A stretch of 64,000 nt of DNA from Eutreptiella sp. 'Long Island Sound 2002' (lineage: Eukaryota; Protista; Euglenida), in contig OZ038379.1 in NCBI GenBank assembly GCA_964036045.1, positions 24,800,001 to 24,864,000 of the forward strand, given 5' to 3'. Position 1 is the stretch's first letter, and each line of letters begins with the position of its first letter. Made by a program: the position numbers and the translations under genes. Shown in pieces: positions 12,969 to 26,859 of this stretch. The notes under the pieces are model-generated. The model worked only from the letters and a program-made list of their open reading frames with translations, was not told where the DNA came from and did not search any database.

Positions 12969-15010
12969 CTGCATGACACATCAGGCGATAAGCAAAGCAC
13001 CTGGGATGCCACGTACTGCTGCCCACACATGTTCCCTGCACATCTATGCAGGTCCACAAAATGTGCTCTGAGTCCCCAGTGTTCAAAGCAGCGACCTCTC
13101 CCGATGGGTATGGTTTCGTGTACACTACTTCCAGATGGTCTGAACCTTCGATAACGGTGCAGGCAAACGCACACCCAGAAAGTGAGCGAAAGCACCCACC
13201 AAAACCAAACTGAAGCCCCCGAGGTATTGGCAGGCACACAGGCCAGAGGCAAACTTCTCATCAATCCAAATTTTTCCAGACAAAAAGCAAGTCAAATTTG
13301 GCCAGGCACCTTTCCAAAAAGAATACATGCATGGAGGCATGCATGCATGCCCGCGCACACAAATGGAGGAGGAGGAGGACGAGGAGGAGGAGGAGTGGGG
13401 GGAGGGGGAGGAACACTGTGAATAAGATTTAGCAAGGGGGGAGGAATGGTGTGAAGGATATCCTATTGCAGGCCTTGACAAAAAGGGGCAGGTTTTCCTG
13501 GCTTTAATATGACCTGCTTGACGTCATTTGTGCTTGAGATAGGTTGAGGTCGTTTGTGGAGAGACATGTAATTTTGTGGGTGACAGTAGATTGCCTCTGC
13601 TGACAGTTAGAGCATTATGCCCCTGTGGCATCCACCCCCGTAGAACCCCTGCAACACTGGAAACCCACTGTTTTTTGCGGGGGGTTCAAAAAAAGAATCC
13701 CCCCTTTTTGGGTGTCGAAAATCAGGAATCTTTTGGTTTTTTTCGATTTTGAGCCGAAAAAGTGTGTTTCGGGTCCGAGTCCATAGGGTTTGTGTGGGCG
13801 GAGTGGGATAATGCTTATTCAGTTTATGCAGTTTTCAGCCTGTTTTGCTATGTGTGTGTTTTTAGTGATTTTAGTGACTCCCTGTTAGCCACTCTGAGGG
13901 ATGCAACTGGGGATGTTGTGTTGGTGTACGCATGCTCGGATACAAAAGGACATTTTTTTGCAGCCTCTAGCATTGCCTAGGGGCGGCCATGGCCCGTGTG
14001 AAGGACGAGAAATGACTGTTTCCACTAAAAATGGCCCAATTGTGTTGGTGAAAAAGGTACTTTTCCCGGCGACACTTGACGGTCCTCAAAGACATTTGGG
14101 TCGTTGTTCGGTGATCATTTGGTGACAATGGGAATGCATATAAACCCATGGGGAGCCGTGTAGCACCAACTAAGCCCTCCTGGTGGTGCTTATTGGCCCC
14201 CCAAAAGCACTGTTTGGGCTTGGTTGCACTGTGGCGGGCAAAAACTGGTTGGCCTGTAGCTGCCACTGTGCTTCAGGTCGGACCCAGGTCCCTTTCCACT
14301 TTTTTCTTCGATATGGACCCCGGCACCAATGATGGGGGTCCCGAGTGCTATCTCCAAGTTTCCCAGATCGGCCGCCCTATGGGGGCCCACCAGTGAGGAC
14401 TTCAGGGTTTTCAAGCCGGCATGGGTTGGCCGAAAACCCGCAATTTTGGGGTGCGGTGAGTGCTTGGCCGTTTTTAAGCCAGCATGGGTTGGCTGGAGAA
14501 TCGCGATTCTTGGGTGATCTCCCACAACCTCTGGGGACCCTTGGGCCATTGTTGGATGATCATTTTGTGACATTTGGGGGACGCATAAACTCATGTAGCA
14601 CCAAATAAGCCCTGCTAATGGTGCTTATTAGCCCGCAAAAGCGCCTTTTTGGGCGTTTTTGCATTGTTATGGGTGGGGCTTTGTCCGCCTATAGGCAATA
14701 TAATTTTCTTCCTCCGTGCCCCCTTGCAATGCCCAATGGAGCAGAGGTGCCTTCCATCTGGACAAAACATTTTGAAAACAAAATGTCATCGAAAGGGGGA
14801 CATATGATGACTTTTATGAATCCGATTGATGCGCCCATTCAAAAAATGCCAGTTTCATGTTTTTGTTCTTTTGGTGCCTGACTGCTCCCACGTGACCGGT
14901 TGGCCTGGAAATGGCCTGACAAGAGAGCCCCTCCCGGGGGGGTGGGGGTTTTGAAAAGGGGGTTCTAACGACTGCCGCTCCTGGAGCAATATTCCCCAGC
15001 CCTGTGTACA

Positions 15011-15228
15011 ACCTTTCGGCACTAAGGTGGGACGAGTGCTCGAAATCTGCAAGCGTGCGATCCAGTGCAAGTAAAGAGAATATTGCGACCAAACCCTTAA
15101 GAAAGCGGCCAAATACCTTTCGGCACTAAGGTGGGACGAGTGCTCGAAATCTGCAAGTGTTGCAGTGCGTGCGATCCAGTGCAAGTAAAGAGAATATTGC
15201 GGCCAAACCCTTAAGAAAGCGGCCAAAT
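15011..15228. repeat. Tandem duplication of ~104 bp (second unit has a 10-bp insert)
   Basis: ACCTTTCGGCACTAAGGTGGGACGAG..GAAAGCGGCCAAAT occurs at 15011 and 15115. Confidence 0.95.
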
Positions 15229-16184
15229 ATTCGAACGGTAGCTATTCCACGACGGGTATGCAGTCAATCCTGGTATGTGATATGGACAACAGCGTGCAGC
15301 TTGCTCAAGCCCCAACACTGCTGAGGCTCAGTGCTCTGCCACATCATCGAAGCCAGTCGCCAGCCTTTTTTCCATGCAAATCACCTCGCCGAGAGGTTGT
15401 TAGATCAAGCGCAGGTGCGGGTGCCATATACCCCCCCCTTGGGGTGTTATTTGCGCAGCATACCCCAATGGGTGATGGGTGTCCAACCCTTGTAAAATCA
15501 TCATTTTGGTAGACAAAATGATCCCCCAATTAATTTTTTGATTGTGACCCCTCCAACCCTTTTACCCAGTGCCAATTTTTTTGGGAGCGGGGGTGGGGTG
15601 GGGACAGTAGGTGGGGGTGGGTGGGTGGGGGGGGGGGGGGTTCAAAACGGTTTGCATATTGTGCACGCTGTGTGTCAATTTAGACCCAGGTCCTGAACAA
15701 CTTTTATCTCATACATGGACCCTCTAACCGATGGCGGGAGTCTCAGGTCCAAACTCCAGGTACCCCCGGTTGACCCCACTGTGGGCTCTTGCCGGTGAGG
15801 ACTCGAGCCGTTTTCGGGGGGGCATGCGTCGGCTGAACAATCACCTCGCAGAGGTTGTGAGATCAAAACCACGCAGGCCCGGATGTATGGCAAAATGCCA
15901 CATAACCCCCCCTTTTTGGCCTATTCGCGTACCCTGCGTCAAGGGGTTGAACTGTTGATTTAACCCCCTGTAAAATCATTATTGTGTCCAATGAACGCAC
16001 CTCCCGCGGAGTTTGTGGTCGGGACCTGCCAGCATTGACAGAGGCTTCATAAACAGGCGTGGGAGGGGGCGCTGCAGGGGCTAACACGGAGTGGCCTGGA
16101 GTGAGGGTACTTCCATGGGAAGACAGGTCAGAGTGTCCTTGGGCCGGAGGTGGAGGGCGTCTGATTTAAAGCAAAGGGCACAAC

Positions 16185-16353
16185 CACTGACAGACTGGCG
16201 ACTGAGGACGACGCTGGGGCGGCGCTTCAGCCCAAAAGGGTCTGTGCTGTTCATGATCTGCTCCATGTCCTTCGCAACCATCAACGATTGGGCCTTTGTA
16301 TTGCCCACAGGAATGTCATCATAGTGGTCGAAACCTGTGGCCACAGGCTCGGC
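16185..16353 (-). CDS. CEP104: CEP104 coding exon 6 (linker)
   Basis: Acceptor TGTTGCAG|GCC (phase 0); AEPVATGFDHYDDIPVG..RRPSVVLSRQSVS. The donor G|GTTGTG was chosen for phase 1; this is the least certain junction. Confidence 0.65.
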
Positions 16354-19300
16354 CTGCAACAGCAAGGACCAGTTTTACACGATGACATCCCACTCCCCCC
16401 TCCAAGGATTATTGAAAGGTGTTTTACCACCTGGATCCAATTTGTTGGCAAATTCTGGTTGCAATCTGAGGAGTTACAATGAGTTTTAGGTGTTGGTTTT
16501 TCAGCCCAAATGCCATGCCTGGAAACACAGTAGCAGTAGTAGTTGGCAGTAGGGGGGCACCAATGTAAGATTGACTCGGAGGTAGTGCCATAGTAGGAGG
16601 CAAGGGAGACTTGGCAGTTTCTTCATCTTGCCCTTGCCCTTCTCGAGTGGATACAAAAGAGGGAAAGAGAAGAAGAAACACACAAAAAGAAGAGGGAGAT
16701 GGCCGAAGAGGAAAACAAGAATGTTGGGCATGCACCTCCAAGTAAACTAGAAGCTTTTGGTGGACGGCTTTTAAGTAGGAGTCAATCTTCCACAGGCCCC
16801 ATCCACACTGACTAGGTATTCACATGTCTGTTGTATTTTCTGTGCGCACAAAAGTTCACTGTTTCTACATCAGCTTTGTTTGGATTTCCTTTGTGTCTAG
16901 CACACAGACACACACAGGCACACACACACACACACAACAAATTTGGTGGTGTGCCAACAGACTATTGCGGCGCAATCATAATGCAACATCCATGCCACGG
17001 GGGGTTTCTGTTTCCATTTCTGTCTTTGTTGCATCATATTGGAGAAAGATGCCCCTCGTTTATCACTTGTCCCAGTACCTCTGAGGGCGTGGGGAGTGTG
17101 AACCCGAGCCTGCAGATAACAAAATTGCCTCCCCACTGAGTTCCTCAAGATTTGAAGGATGGATGCGGGTTGCTAGGTTTATGGGCTTAGAGGGATAATG
17201 AACTGGGCGCACATGTGCCATGTGTTTTCGTTGTAAACCTTTGGCTTCCGAGCCACCAAAGGTCCGACCGAGATGCTGCAATCTAGCACGTTTGTGCCGA
17301 TGCTCCTTCATTGCAAAAACGAGCCTAGTGTTGTGTTTGAACATGCCTTTGTTTGACCTGCACGTGATGAAATGTAGTACACTCAAGCCGCATCGACCAG
17401 TCCCTTGTTTGTTGCGTCGACCGCGCGCGCGCGCGTGTGTGTGTGTGTGCGTGTGTGTGTGCAACGCTCTAAAGCAAGCTCCTTCGCACGAGCTCATCCC
17501 TGGCTACAAACCCCGACCTCCCACCCGTTTGAAACGCTACCACTGCACAGCCGATATTGGCTCCTCACCCAATTGCACCAACAGCCGCACCAAAAGAGGG
17601 CTGGCATGTAACAATTATGAAACCACTAGGGAGTAGTATTGTCCGTGAGGGGAAGCGGCACCCCAACCAAAATGGCCACGTCCTCCGAGTTCATTGTGCA
17701 CCATCCAAAGAACAATGACTCACAGCAAAAGATGGCAGAGGAGGCGATAAACAATAGGGAGGCCGCCCCTCCGGCACAACGCCTAGTGAGACATTTTTCC
17801 AGCTCGTGTTTGCTGTGTTCTAGATACACAGCAACTTCTCCCAAAACGGAGGAAGCCGCACCTGCGATGCGCGCGCACAGTGGCCTAGAACCACCTCTCC
17901 TCTTCTTTTGCTCCCCCTCTCCGTCCACCCCAAGCCACTAGCCACATCCCCGGGGTTCGGAGGACGCTATCGGAGGAGGTTGTTTGGGGGCTTACTCACA
18001 AGGAACATGGAGGGCAAGGCGAAGATTTGGCTCCAAGGGTTCGGGAGGACTACTGCCAAAAGAAACTCGTGCGCCCTAGGTGCTGGGATTTGAGGCAAAG
18101 GACCCTTGCTTGAGGGCTAGGGCCCATGGATACTCGGCCTCTATTGGGCAATCTAGGGACGCATATGGCCGAATCCGGCGAAAGCCTCTAGCGGTCCTTG
18201 GTAAGTCAGCAGTGGGTGTAAGGGTCAAGGCATGCATGTAGCTCGTCTGCCATGGGTTGATCTACACCACCTTCCATGTCAAGTTGCAAGGAGTGCCGCT
18301 GGAGTGGGATGGGGGTTTTCCAACCCTCAGCGGACACCTAGCAGTGGACCAACTATGGAAGCAGCTAGTGCCAATGCACCCAACCCGGGGGATGCTCCCG
18401 ACCACCACATCCAACCACCAAGCTAGCACAATTGGTCCCCAACCCCACGGAGGGTGATGTTGGGTGTGGGGGGGCAAAGGGTCAAATTTGCCTCCCTACA
18501 ATTACCTCCAACCGCATCTGCAGCCACGGTCTTTATTGCTTCTAGTTCAAAGTGACAGTTCCAAAATATTGCAGCTTGTTGTCCCCAACTTCCATCTGGT
18601 ACCCTACCTCATGTACTCCACTGTACCAGGTCAGTTGTTGCCTATTGGACCAATGGGTGCAAACATTAGGGATGGCTTACCGCCCTCTATGGCACACCGA
18701 ATAGCGTTGTTGGGCCGTACCTTTATTGGGTTACGAGCATCAATGTAGGTCAATGGTCATCAGTGGGACTACACTTGCTGCCGTTGGCCCTTGCCCTGCC
18801 CTGCCCTACTGTTGTTGGTCCTTGGGCCTAAGGGCCTAGTGGGTACATGTTCTTGCCTGGTTCAATAGTACATACAAAATGCAGGGGGTAGGGTGTTGCA
18901 ATGTGGTGAGGGGCATTCCTCAGGAAAAAGTGCCCGCTCGGGCGTAAAACACAATGAACCTTCCATGTTGCACGTTGACACTGTGTCGTTGGCAGAGGAG
19001 ATGGGGGAGGGAAAAATGATTTGTATTGGGGACCTCACCGGGGCCTTGGCATTCCATGTGGTACAGGATCATTTTTTTATAAAAAAAAATCTTTTTTTTG
19101 CACCTGGTGGACCTTGTTGACCCATTTTGGCACCCACCTCTTTGGGCTACCTCTTGCGGCTTGCCGCAGCCCACTGGGCCTAGGTACGGGGGTCTAGATA
19201 CTTTTTCTAGATACTTTTGGACTATTTGGGGTGCACAAACAAGTGGAATGAGCCCATTTTGAGCCCATGTTAAGCAAATTTGGCCCGTGAAAGGCTTGAA

Positions 19301-21162
19301 AATGGGCCAATTTGGGACCACAAATGGCTCAAAAACGGGTCAAAACCATGGTTTTCCAAAAATGATCCTAGTCTAGTTGTGGTGCACAAACGGATGGGCA
19401 CAGCTCATTTTGAGCCCCTTTTGAGCCGCTCTCATCCACTTTCCAGTGTGTACCTCATTTGTCGTTAAAGTCTCCAAGACGATGTTCCTTCCCCCACCAG
19501 CTCGGTCCCAATATCCAATCCTGGTTAGGGTTATGGTCTGGTTAGAGGGTGGGCAATGTGAGGTAAAGGGAGCCTGTGATTGACCAACGCTTGGCCTTGG
19601 GGACATGTACCCCCCAAATCACTCCACTTGGAGCTCCCCCCTACCGACCCTCCTCGACCCCCCCCCCAAAAGCCCGTCCTAGACCCCCCCCTCGCCCCTC
19701 CCAGAGCCCCCCTTCCCAGCCCATTGAATCCACCGTCTGCTTTTGTGGCCCCTTGAGTCTGGGATATTGACTCTTGAATCCACACTTTTGTGGCTCCTCA
19801 CCTCACCGTAACCCTGACGGGCCTTGTGGTTCATTCGTTAACACCTATTCAAAACCCCCTTTGTAATTTAGACACCGGATAAAAATAAGAAAGAAAAAAA
19901 TAGCACAAGTTTTGACCAACCCCCCGTCTCCGTTTTTTCTTACACGTTCCCCAAAATAGAGCAATTCACCCTTCGTGCCGTTTTTCCGACCCCCCCCTCT
20001 TGAACTGAAAAGCTTCATCTTGATTGGGGGTGGGATGTCCCCGGTTGTGGGCAGCAGTCACACCGAGTCAGACCAATGAATGCAACAGACGCTCCACCGG
20101 TTTGACTTGGACTGCAACAACCTCTGGGGGTTGGCTACAACGGGGCATGTGGACCCCACACTCTGCTGGCAAAGGGGGGTGACAAATGGTGTCAAGGGGT
20201 CAGGGGGGGGGGTCTCAGGTATGGGGGTAATCTCCTGCTGGGCGGTGTCTGCCTCACAGGGCGCTACACTTCCATTTGTTGGGGACGCGGCCACACACCG
20301 CAGGTTACCGGTCGGGTCCTGCTCCCCATGTTCTCGTCCCCCTTGCATCATCGGCCTCTGTCCGTTGGAGGCCTGGTCCACTCGCTCTGCTGCCTTTAGC
20401 CTCCTCCCTGCTGTCCACACTTCCCACGCCCTCATACCACCACACCATACACCCGCGCTGCTTTGTCCATGTCTCATGTCCCCAGGTCGATGTCATCCCG
20501 CTGCACATCCCGTATTGCCACTTCGCCGGCTATCCGGGTAATCCCCTGGGACACGGCACCGGCGCACAGAGCACCACCCCTTCCGTAGCTCTCCCTTCGT
20601 GCCCTGCAGGACCGCCCGTCCGCCATGCCGCCTTGAGACCGGGCCGTCGACCGCCGCGCCCCTGTGTCTGCCGCCTTTGGGGGTCGGAGTGGGGGCGAGG
20701 CTGGCTGAGAACCCAGGGCAAAAGGCTGACGGGACCACACAGTCACGTGCGCTCAGGGACACTAAGGGGGTACGCAGAGGCAAAAACGACTTCACAGCTA
20801 GCCTGCATGTGTACAGTGTGGCATCCAGATCCCAACACCCGACGTGAACCCAGCGGAGCACCACCGAGCATGCCGTCGCCGCCAGAGCCAGCTCGCGCTC
20901 ACATGCTACAGGGAATCGAAGCCACCGTGCAGTGGAGTCATGAGGGCGGATCCGTACCCACGCGAACATGCAACAGCAGCGCAAGATGGCGGGGGGAGGT
21001 GGTGGTGATATGTGTGTATGGGGGGGTAATTAAGGTAATCGGTTTGCCCCTTGACTGGCAAGTTCGCCCACCCACTGCCATCCCCAGCACAGATGGGGCT
21101 TGAATGGTTAATAACTCTGATGGCACAGGTCAGGCATGAGGCGATGCAGCCGCTGCGCAGAC

Positions 21163-21299
21163 CTGCTGTGGCTTGGCTCCCCCTACCGGCAGATCATCGA
21201 AATTTGGTGGCGGCGATGGGCCATGAGCTGCTTGCTGAGGTTGGTACTGTGGGTACTGGGGGTTCCGCATGATCTCGGGGCTCTTTGCCTGCATCAGTG
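21163..21299 (-). CDS. CEP104: CEP104 coding exon 5 (P/Q-rich linker)
   Basis: Acceptor TTTTCTAACACCAG|CA (phase 1, CTAAC branch-like), donor CAG|GTCTGC; open frame LMQAKSPEIM..FDDLPVGGAKPQQ is phase-compatible on both sides. Confidence 0.72.
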
Positions 21300-23450
21300 C
21301 TGGTGTTAGAAAAGCTGTAGGGTTTTCCTCACGGATGGGACGATCAGCAATTCCTAGGAATGGTAAAGACAAGGGGCATTGAAAGCATGAGCAAAACAAA
21401 GAGAGGCAATCCCTTATCCTAATCTCTCTCCCTTTTTGCATCCCTTCATCTCTGTGCATTCGCAGGCTTACGATTCTCGTGGGCAAAGAAGCAGACTTTC
21501 GAGAGGAACTACTATGTGGGGCATACAGCATGTGAAGCATAGTACACTTCACTCGTTGCGGTAGCAATAATAGCGCGTGCCGTGCCTTGGCTGTCGGTGC
21601 TTAGTCAGGCGCATTTCGTTATGTTGCTTCACTTGCAGTACGCCTTCTTTGTGCCTCTAACACTAGCATGACAGTGTTCAACTTCCAAGCTCTTGTTGAA
21701 CTAAGTGGGCGTAGTGGTCACAGACTCTTCCTACTCTCTGCCCCTCTATGTCTGAAACAGCTACTGGATGCTACCATGAGACATTCTACCATCTCTCTTT
21801 GCCTCTTCTTCTGAAACTTTCTGCCTCTTTTTGCCCAGCTCCACCAAGTAGACGGGTCCTCGTTTTGTTCTACCTTGCAATGGGCCCTGCTGGACCCCGG
21901 CAGTAAAAAAAAAAAGCCGTACCCTGGGGACACATCAGGGCACACTGGGGCTCGCAACGCTTGTTCCAATGAGCTGAGAAGGCGAGCAGGTGGCCTCTTC
22001 AACACTGCCCTGCAAAGCACGATGCTTTCGCAAGAGTGGGGTGAGGAGGAGGAAGAGGACAAGGTGGAGGTTGCGGAGGAGGAATTTGAGGAGGAGGAGG
22101 AGGAGGAGGAGGAGAGAGTGGTGGTGGTAGAGCTGCAAACAGCCTTGACCACGAGGGCCATCCCTCTGTGTGCAAAAGAGTAACAATTTTTCCAATGGTT
22201 GCCGGCCTGAATAGGACACAACACAAATCACCACATGGGCGCCGCCTAGTTGCTGGGTTTGATACTGTTTCCATTTGGTTCCGATGCTGGGGACGCGCAT
22301 TTGCGATGTGAAGCTATGACTATGTGAAGCGCACATGTGAAGCTATGACTCTCTGTCACTCGGCCAAGAGAGCCGCTGTGTTTGCACGTCTCAAGGCCAC
22401 CTCCCGGAACTTCCACCCACACCTAGAGTTGAGAATCACTGTCGTGAAAGAATATCTATTGGGGGCAGATCAGTGCTTTCTGCCATCTTCTTCTCACTCC
22501 ACCATGCACCTCGTATGCCCAATTGGTAACATCTGCACCTCTGGATCAGATCACCTCTGGTCAGAGAGGATACAGAGCACCAGAGCACCTAGCCACAGTG
22601 GTGTGTTGCATGCTTGCTGGACTTGGGGGGGAGAGTTAGCGCATCTCATGTCGCAACAAATGCCACTTCCATCATTGGCTTTTTGGTTCCAACACAGGTG
22701 TGCACCCTGGTATCATTCTGTACGTGTATTGCACTGTGCCGTCCATCGTAGGTGAGTGGAACATGACAATCTGGGTTCAAATCCATATGGTCTACATTTT
22801 TTATGTGGCAAGCTGTTCGGTGTTTGTGGTCTGCATGGCTTACAATGTGCATATTACGTGAAGCTGAATGCTGAATTAACAACGAGGACTGGACCCTCTA
22901 AATTTGGCTCCTGCAGCACCTGGGCAATCTTATTCACGTTCTTGCTGAAGGTGACAGGTGCTACATGAATCGCTTCTGGAACATGGACACAGCGCGAAGC
23001 AACATAGTCCAGAGGACAGTCAGCTCGTTGCATTGGCTGTGATGCATGAGGCCGCATAGCAGGCTGGATGGCTGAGCTACACTTTTGAGGAGAAGATAAT
23101 AATAGATGCAGTGTGACACCACAATCTGTGGACCCAGACATAAGAAGCACTTGAAAAAATGGTGCGCATTTGAATATTCGCACAACAACTAACCTACAGG
23201 AAGAAATCTCCAAAAATTTGCTCAGTTGGCTGATTAAGCAGCAGTAGTGAATGGAATTGCAAGCTGTTGGCGATCGGTCTGATGCTGGTGGCCATAGGCT
23301 CAGGCCAGGACAGGGGATATTTGCATTGGAGTGGCTGCCTTTGGCATTAAAGCTTTGTCCTGCTCTCTCAGCCTATTTGTAGGATGCCTCCCCTTGTATT
23401 CCGGGAACGATAGAGAGTGTGGAGAAAGGGAGGAAGGGAGGGAGAGAGAC

Positions 23451-23640
23451 CAGCAGCCTGCCGTCGAATGGCTTCAACTTCCAGCTTCAGGGCCTTTGCT
23501 TGATCGTAGTCTTCTGCTGCAATCGCATTCCGCTTATCGTTCTCCAGCTGATACAGCTTTGTGGCCACGTTTCGGAGCGCATCGATCCTGACCTTGAACT
23601 GCTTGGCATTGTCATACTCCTCATTGCGCACTGCCTCGGC
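23451..23640 (-). CDS. CEP104: CEP104 coding exon 4 (UVR-like coiled coil)
   Basis: Acceptor CTGCAG|GCC (phase 0); AEAVRNEEYDNAKQFK..EDYDQAKALK matches the paired E.YD.AK motifs of CEP104; donor GCT G|GTCTCT is inferred. Confidence 0.9.
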
Positions 23641-24980
23641 CTGCAGTCCACAGCCACGTGTCCATGGGTCTTGGTCGGGGCCCTCCCCTAGGCCCGTTGT
23701 GAGCCCTCGTCTCAATAGATGGGGCTGGGGGGGGAGGGGATTAAATCTTTCTGGGTGTACGCGGATGTCACCCTTGAATAGCCCCAGAGCATCGCCACTT
23801 CACCCCAAATCGAAACAAATTAGCTTATGAACAGACAGAAGGATCACAGGCGGGGGGCCTCCGTAAATACAAATGAAATTACACAGAAAACGAGGACTGA
23901 AGTGAAAATATTTTGTTGAAAATGGCGAAAACTGAAATCATACCGTATATCCACCTCAACAATTACAAAACGTGATCAACCGTTGGCAGCCGCGCATCCA
24001 CACTCTGCCATTACCAACAGCCGTTGCCTAATCAACGTATGACCAGTGGTGGGAATACATGCATGCATGCATGCATGCATGTGCATATGGGGATGAAAGA
24101 CTCATCATGATCGGACATGACGTCTAGCTAGAACCGGCTGAATAAAAGCAGTGAAGACGAACTATACTGGAAACTGAGGCCGGCTCTGTCGGGGAGAGCT
24201 GTCCTGCAACAGAGGCGCTCCCCTCCACAGATCAGAATCACCCAATTGAGGGAGGGTCGGCGCATGGGGAGCAAAAGGGCTCCCAAGGGTCGAAATGCAC
24301 CTCTCAAACAGACTACAAATGAGGAGAATAGGATTGTACCTGTAGACAACCCTTGTGGGGTAGGTGGTAACATGAGGACTCTAGTGAAGCCGCAGGTCGT
24401 GGGTTGGAGCATTCATGTGAATGTCTAAGTGCTATGGAACATGTACCATGGCTGTTCTACAACAAAACCTCATAAGAGAGCGCAAAGTGCAAGAGCAAAC
24501 CGACGAGGTTCCAATGTGCGGAATGCATGCGCCGGTGCCCAATGTTTCACTTGGACGTCGTTCTCCAGGGTCCCAGGCTGGTGTCACCCCGGCGTATCCT
24601 TTGGGTCAGTGATTGTGCGTCCCTTTGCTCACGGCCGTGGGATGTGAGCCACACCCCACAGCTAGTCTGTATCCGCACCCTCTACTGCCCCAGGCCAACA
24701 GGTAGGGACTCGTATTGTGGGCCTCGGTCCACATCCACGCTCTACGCGGCGGGTGCGCCCGGATGGTGCGTAGGGAATCGGTAGGGGCGGGGGTTTAGCC
24801 TGAAGGCCCCTCCTCCTTTGTTGTGGAGGGTGACCTAATATGGTTTGAAGCGTCATGGGCCACCATTATGGAACACCATTGCCGACGAAGGTCTCGAATG
24901 AATTAGTGTTGGTATGACTTGGTATGACCCTTGCTTTTCTGGAACACTTTCTGACTCAATAGAAAGACCAAACACACACA

Positions 24981-26282
24981 CTTAGGCGTCACAAGTTGCC
25001 CACCCCCCACCTGGCGCTATGGCCCACGGAAGTCCATGTTGTAGTGAGGGGAAAAGTGTGTGAAAAGGGGTGTTATTTTTTTGGTATCCATACCCCCCTG
25101 GTGGCAACATGCAAAAACAAGGTGTTTATTTCAAATATATGCCATTATTTGCATTTCTGGCAACACACAGATTTTCAAAATAAAGATATTCAATCACCAA
25201 AATATAGTGTTGTTTTACATTTAGACCATTGCATTCCAGTGCGGGGGGGGGGGGGGCTGCCACATGGTCCTATTTGGCAGACAGGCCTAAGCTGGCCAAA
25301 ATTTCGGCCAGGTCCATCGAAACTCGGAATATGATCATTGAAATGGGTACCTATGACAGTAGACAGGAGCAAGGAACACAGGAGCATTGACATTTCAACA
25401 TGGTGTGCAACGTAATATACTCAATTACAAGCAAATACTTGCCACGTGACCAATCAAAACAGACTTTTGCAGTGCCTGTGGAGAAACACAATAATAAGAG
25501 TCTTAAGAGGCTGAAGACTGCATGATAGCCGAAATTTCGGCCAAACTTCGAATTGACAGGCAATATAAGCATTAGCACTGGCATTAGCGCTTGCGCAAAC
25601 CAGATGCATGGGGCTTCTTAGCACCTGTGTTAGCAGGAGGCTTGGCAGTGGCTGCAGCAGCAGGCTTGGCTTGGCAGAGTCCCACCACGTAATGCATTTC
25701 GCCATAGCCCTTTGGTTGTAGTAGGAAAAGCACCAATAACTGCAGCATGTACGACATTTACAGTAATAGCAGAAGACATTAATGCTGAGACAGGAAACCA
25801 TTTTTGTAGGAGTGTAAGGTGGAATACACATGAACAATCACAATTGCAAGCTGGCCGAAATTTCGGCCAGGTGTGTTCGAAGGGGAAACAATTGCTTATA
25901 TAGACTAGAATAGGAAAAGCAGGCCGAAATTTCGGCCAGCCCGAAGAAAAATGAAAATAATTATACCTATTCACCATGAAACCAAAAAGCTGGCCGAAAT
26001 TCCGGCCAGAAGGGTCAAAAACTGCATAAACACATAGTTGTTTGTAGTGTTACCCAAAAGTTGGCCTCATTTTCTGCCAGCTTCAGAAAAACGTCAAATA
26101 CAACACTAGAAGAAGTGGATACACAAGGCTAACACATCAACACGTATTTCAATGGGTGTCACACAGCGCTGCCAACAACATCGGTCACATATGTCAAATA
26201 GCATACTCAAAGTAGAAATGTAGAATATTCTCATATCGCGCGTATACGGGTCCTAGAGGGTGGGCAACTTGTGACGCCTAAG
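24981..26282. mobile_element. 1.3-kb non-coding TIR element inserted in an (AC)n microsatellite
   Basis: Perfect 25-bp TIR CTTAGGCGTCACAAGTTGCCCACCC (24981-25005 / 26258-26282); ACACACACA on both flanks (possible 9-bp TSD, Mutator-like). Confidence 0.85.
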
Positions 26283-26650
26283 ACACACACACACATATGT
26301 TGGGGACTGCAAAAAAGAGGGCAAAAGCACAAGAAAGTAGTTGGAGAAAAATCTTGGGGAGCCGTAGGGCACCCCTAGACGGCTTTCATTTTGTCGGAGA
26401 GTGAATACATTGCGAAATTCTGATCAAAGGGCAAGCTTGTGTGCTCAAGCTTCAGTTTTGTTCTATATATTCACAATTCCCGACACCGTGTGGGCGGACT
26501 ACCCTTAGTCATCCGCGCCACTCTAGTTTGACATATACTATGATGCCCACTGCTCCATTCCCCGCCTTGACAGCAAGTGTAACCGACAGGAATATTTGCT
26601 GTGTTGTTTTCAGTGCCAATTCCTCAAAACGACCAAGCACACATATACAC

Positions 26651-26682
<32 letters not shown>

Positions 26683-26859
26683 TGCTCAAGAGTAGGAGGA
26701 GGTGGTGGAGGAGGAGGAAGAGGAGAAGATGCGGCCGGTATCCAAGCCATGCCACCACCCCATGGTGCGTAGCATGGCCACTTGAGCTCGTGGTGTTGTG
26801 TCACTCCCAAGCCACTACAAGTGTTCCATGCATGATGGCGGTGCCTTTCTCCCCATAGT

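Noticed and set aside
16186-16197. Alternative exon 6 donors (GTCAGT phase 0; GTCTGT phase 2)
   Set aside because: Neither matches the phase 1 acceptor of exon 7 unless an unseen exon exists; cannot be excluded without cDNA.
20276-21103. 275-aa plus-strand ORF
   Set aside because: GC-rich, P/R/A-biased, no recognisable motif; likely a spurious frame in TE remnant.
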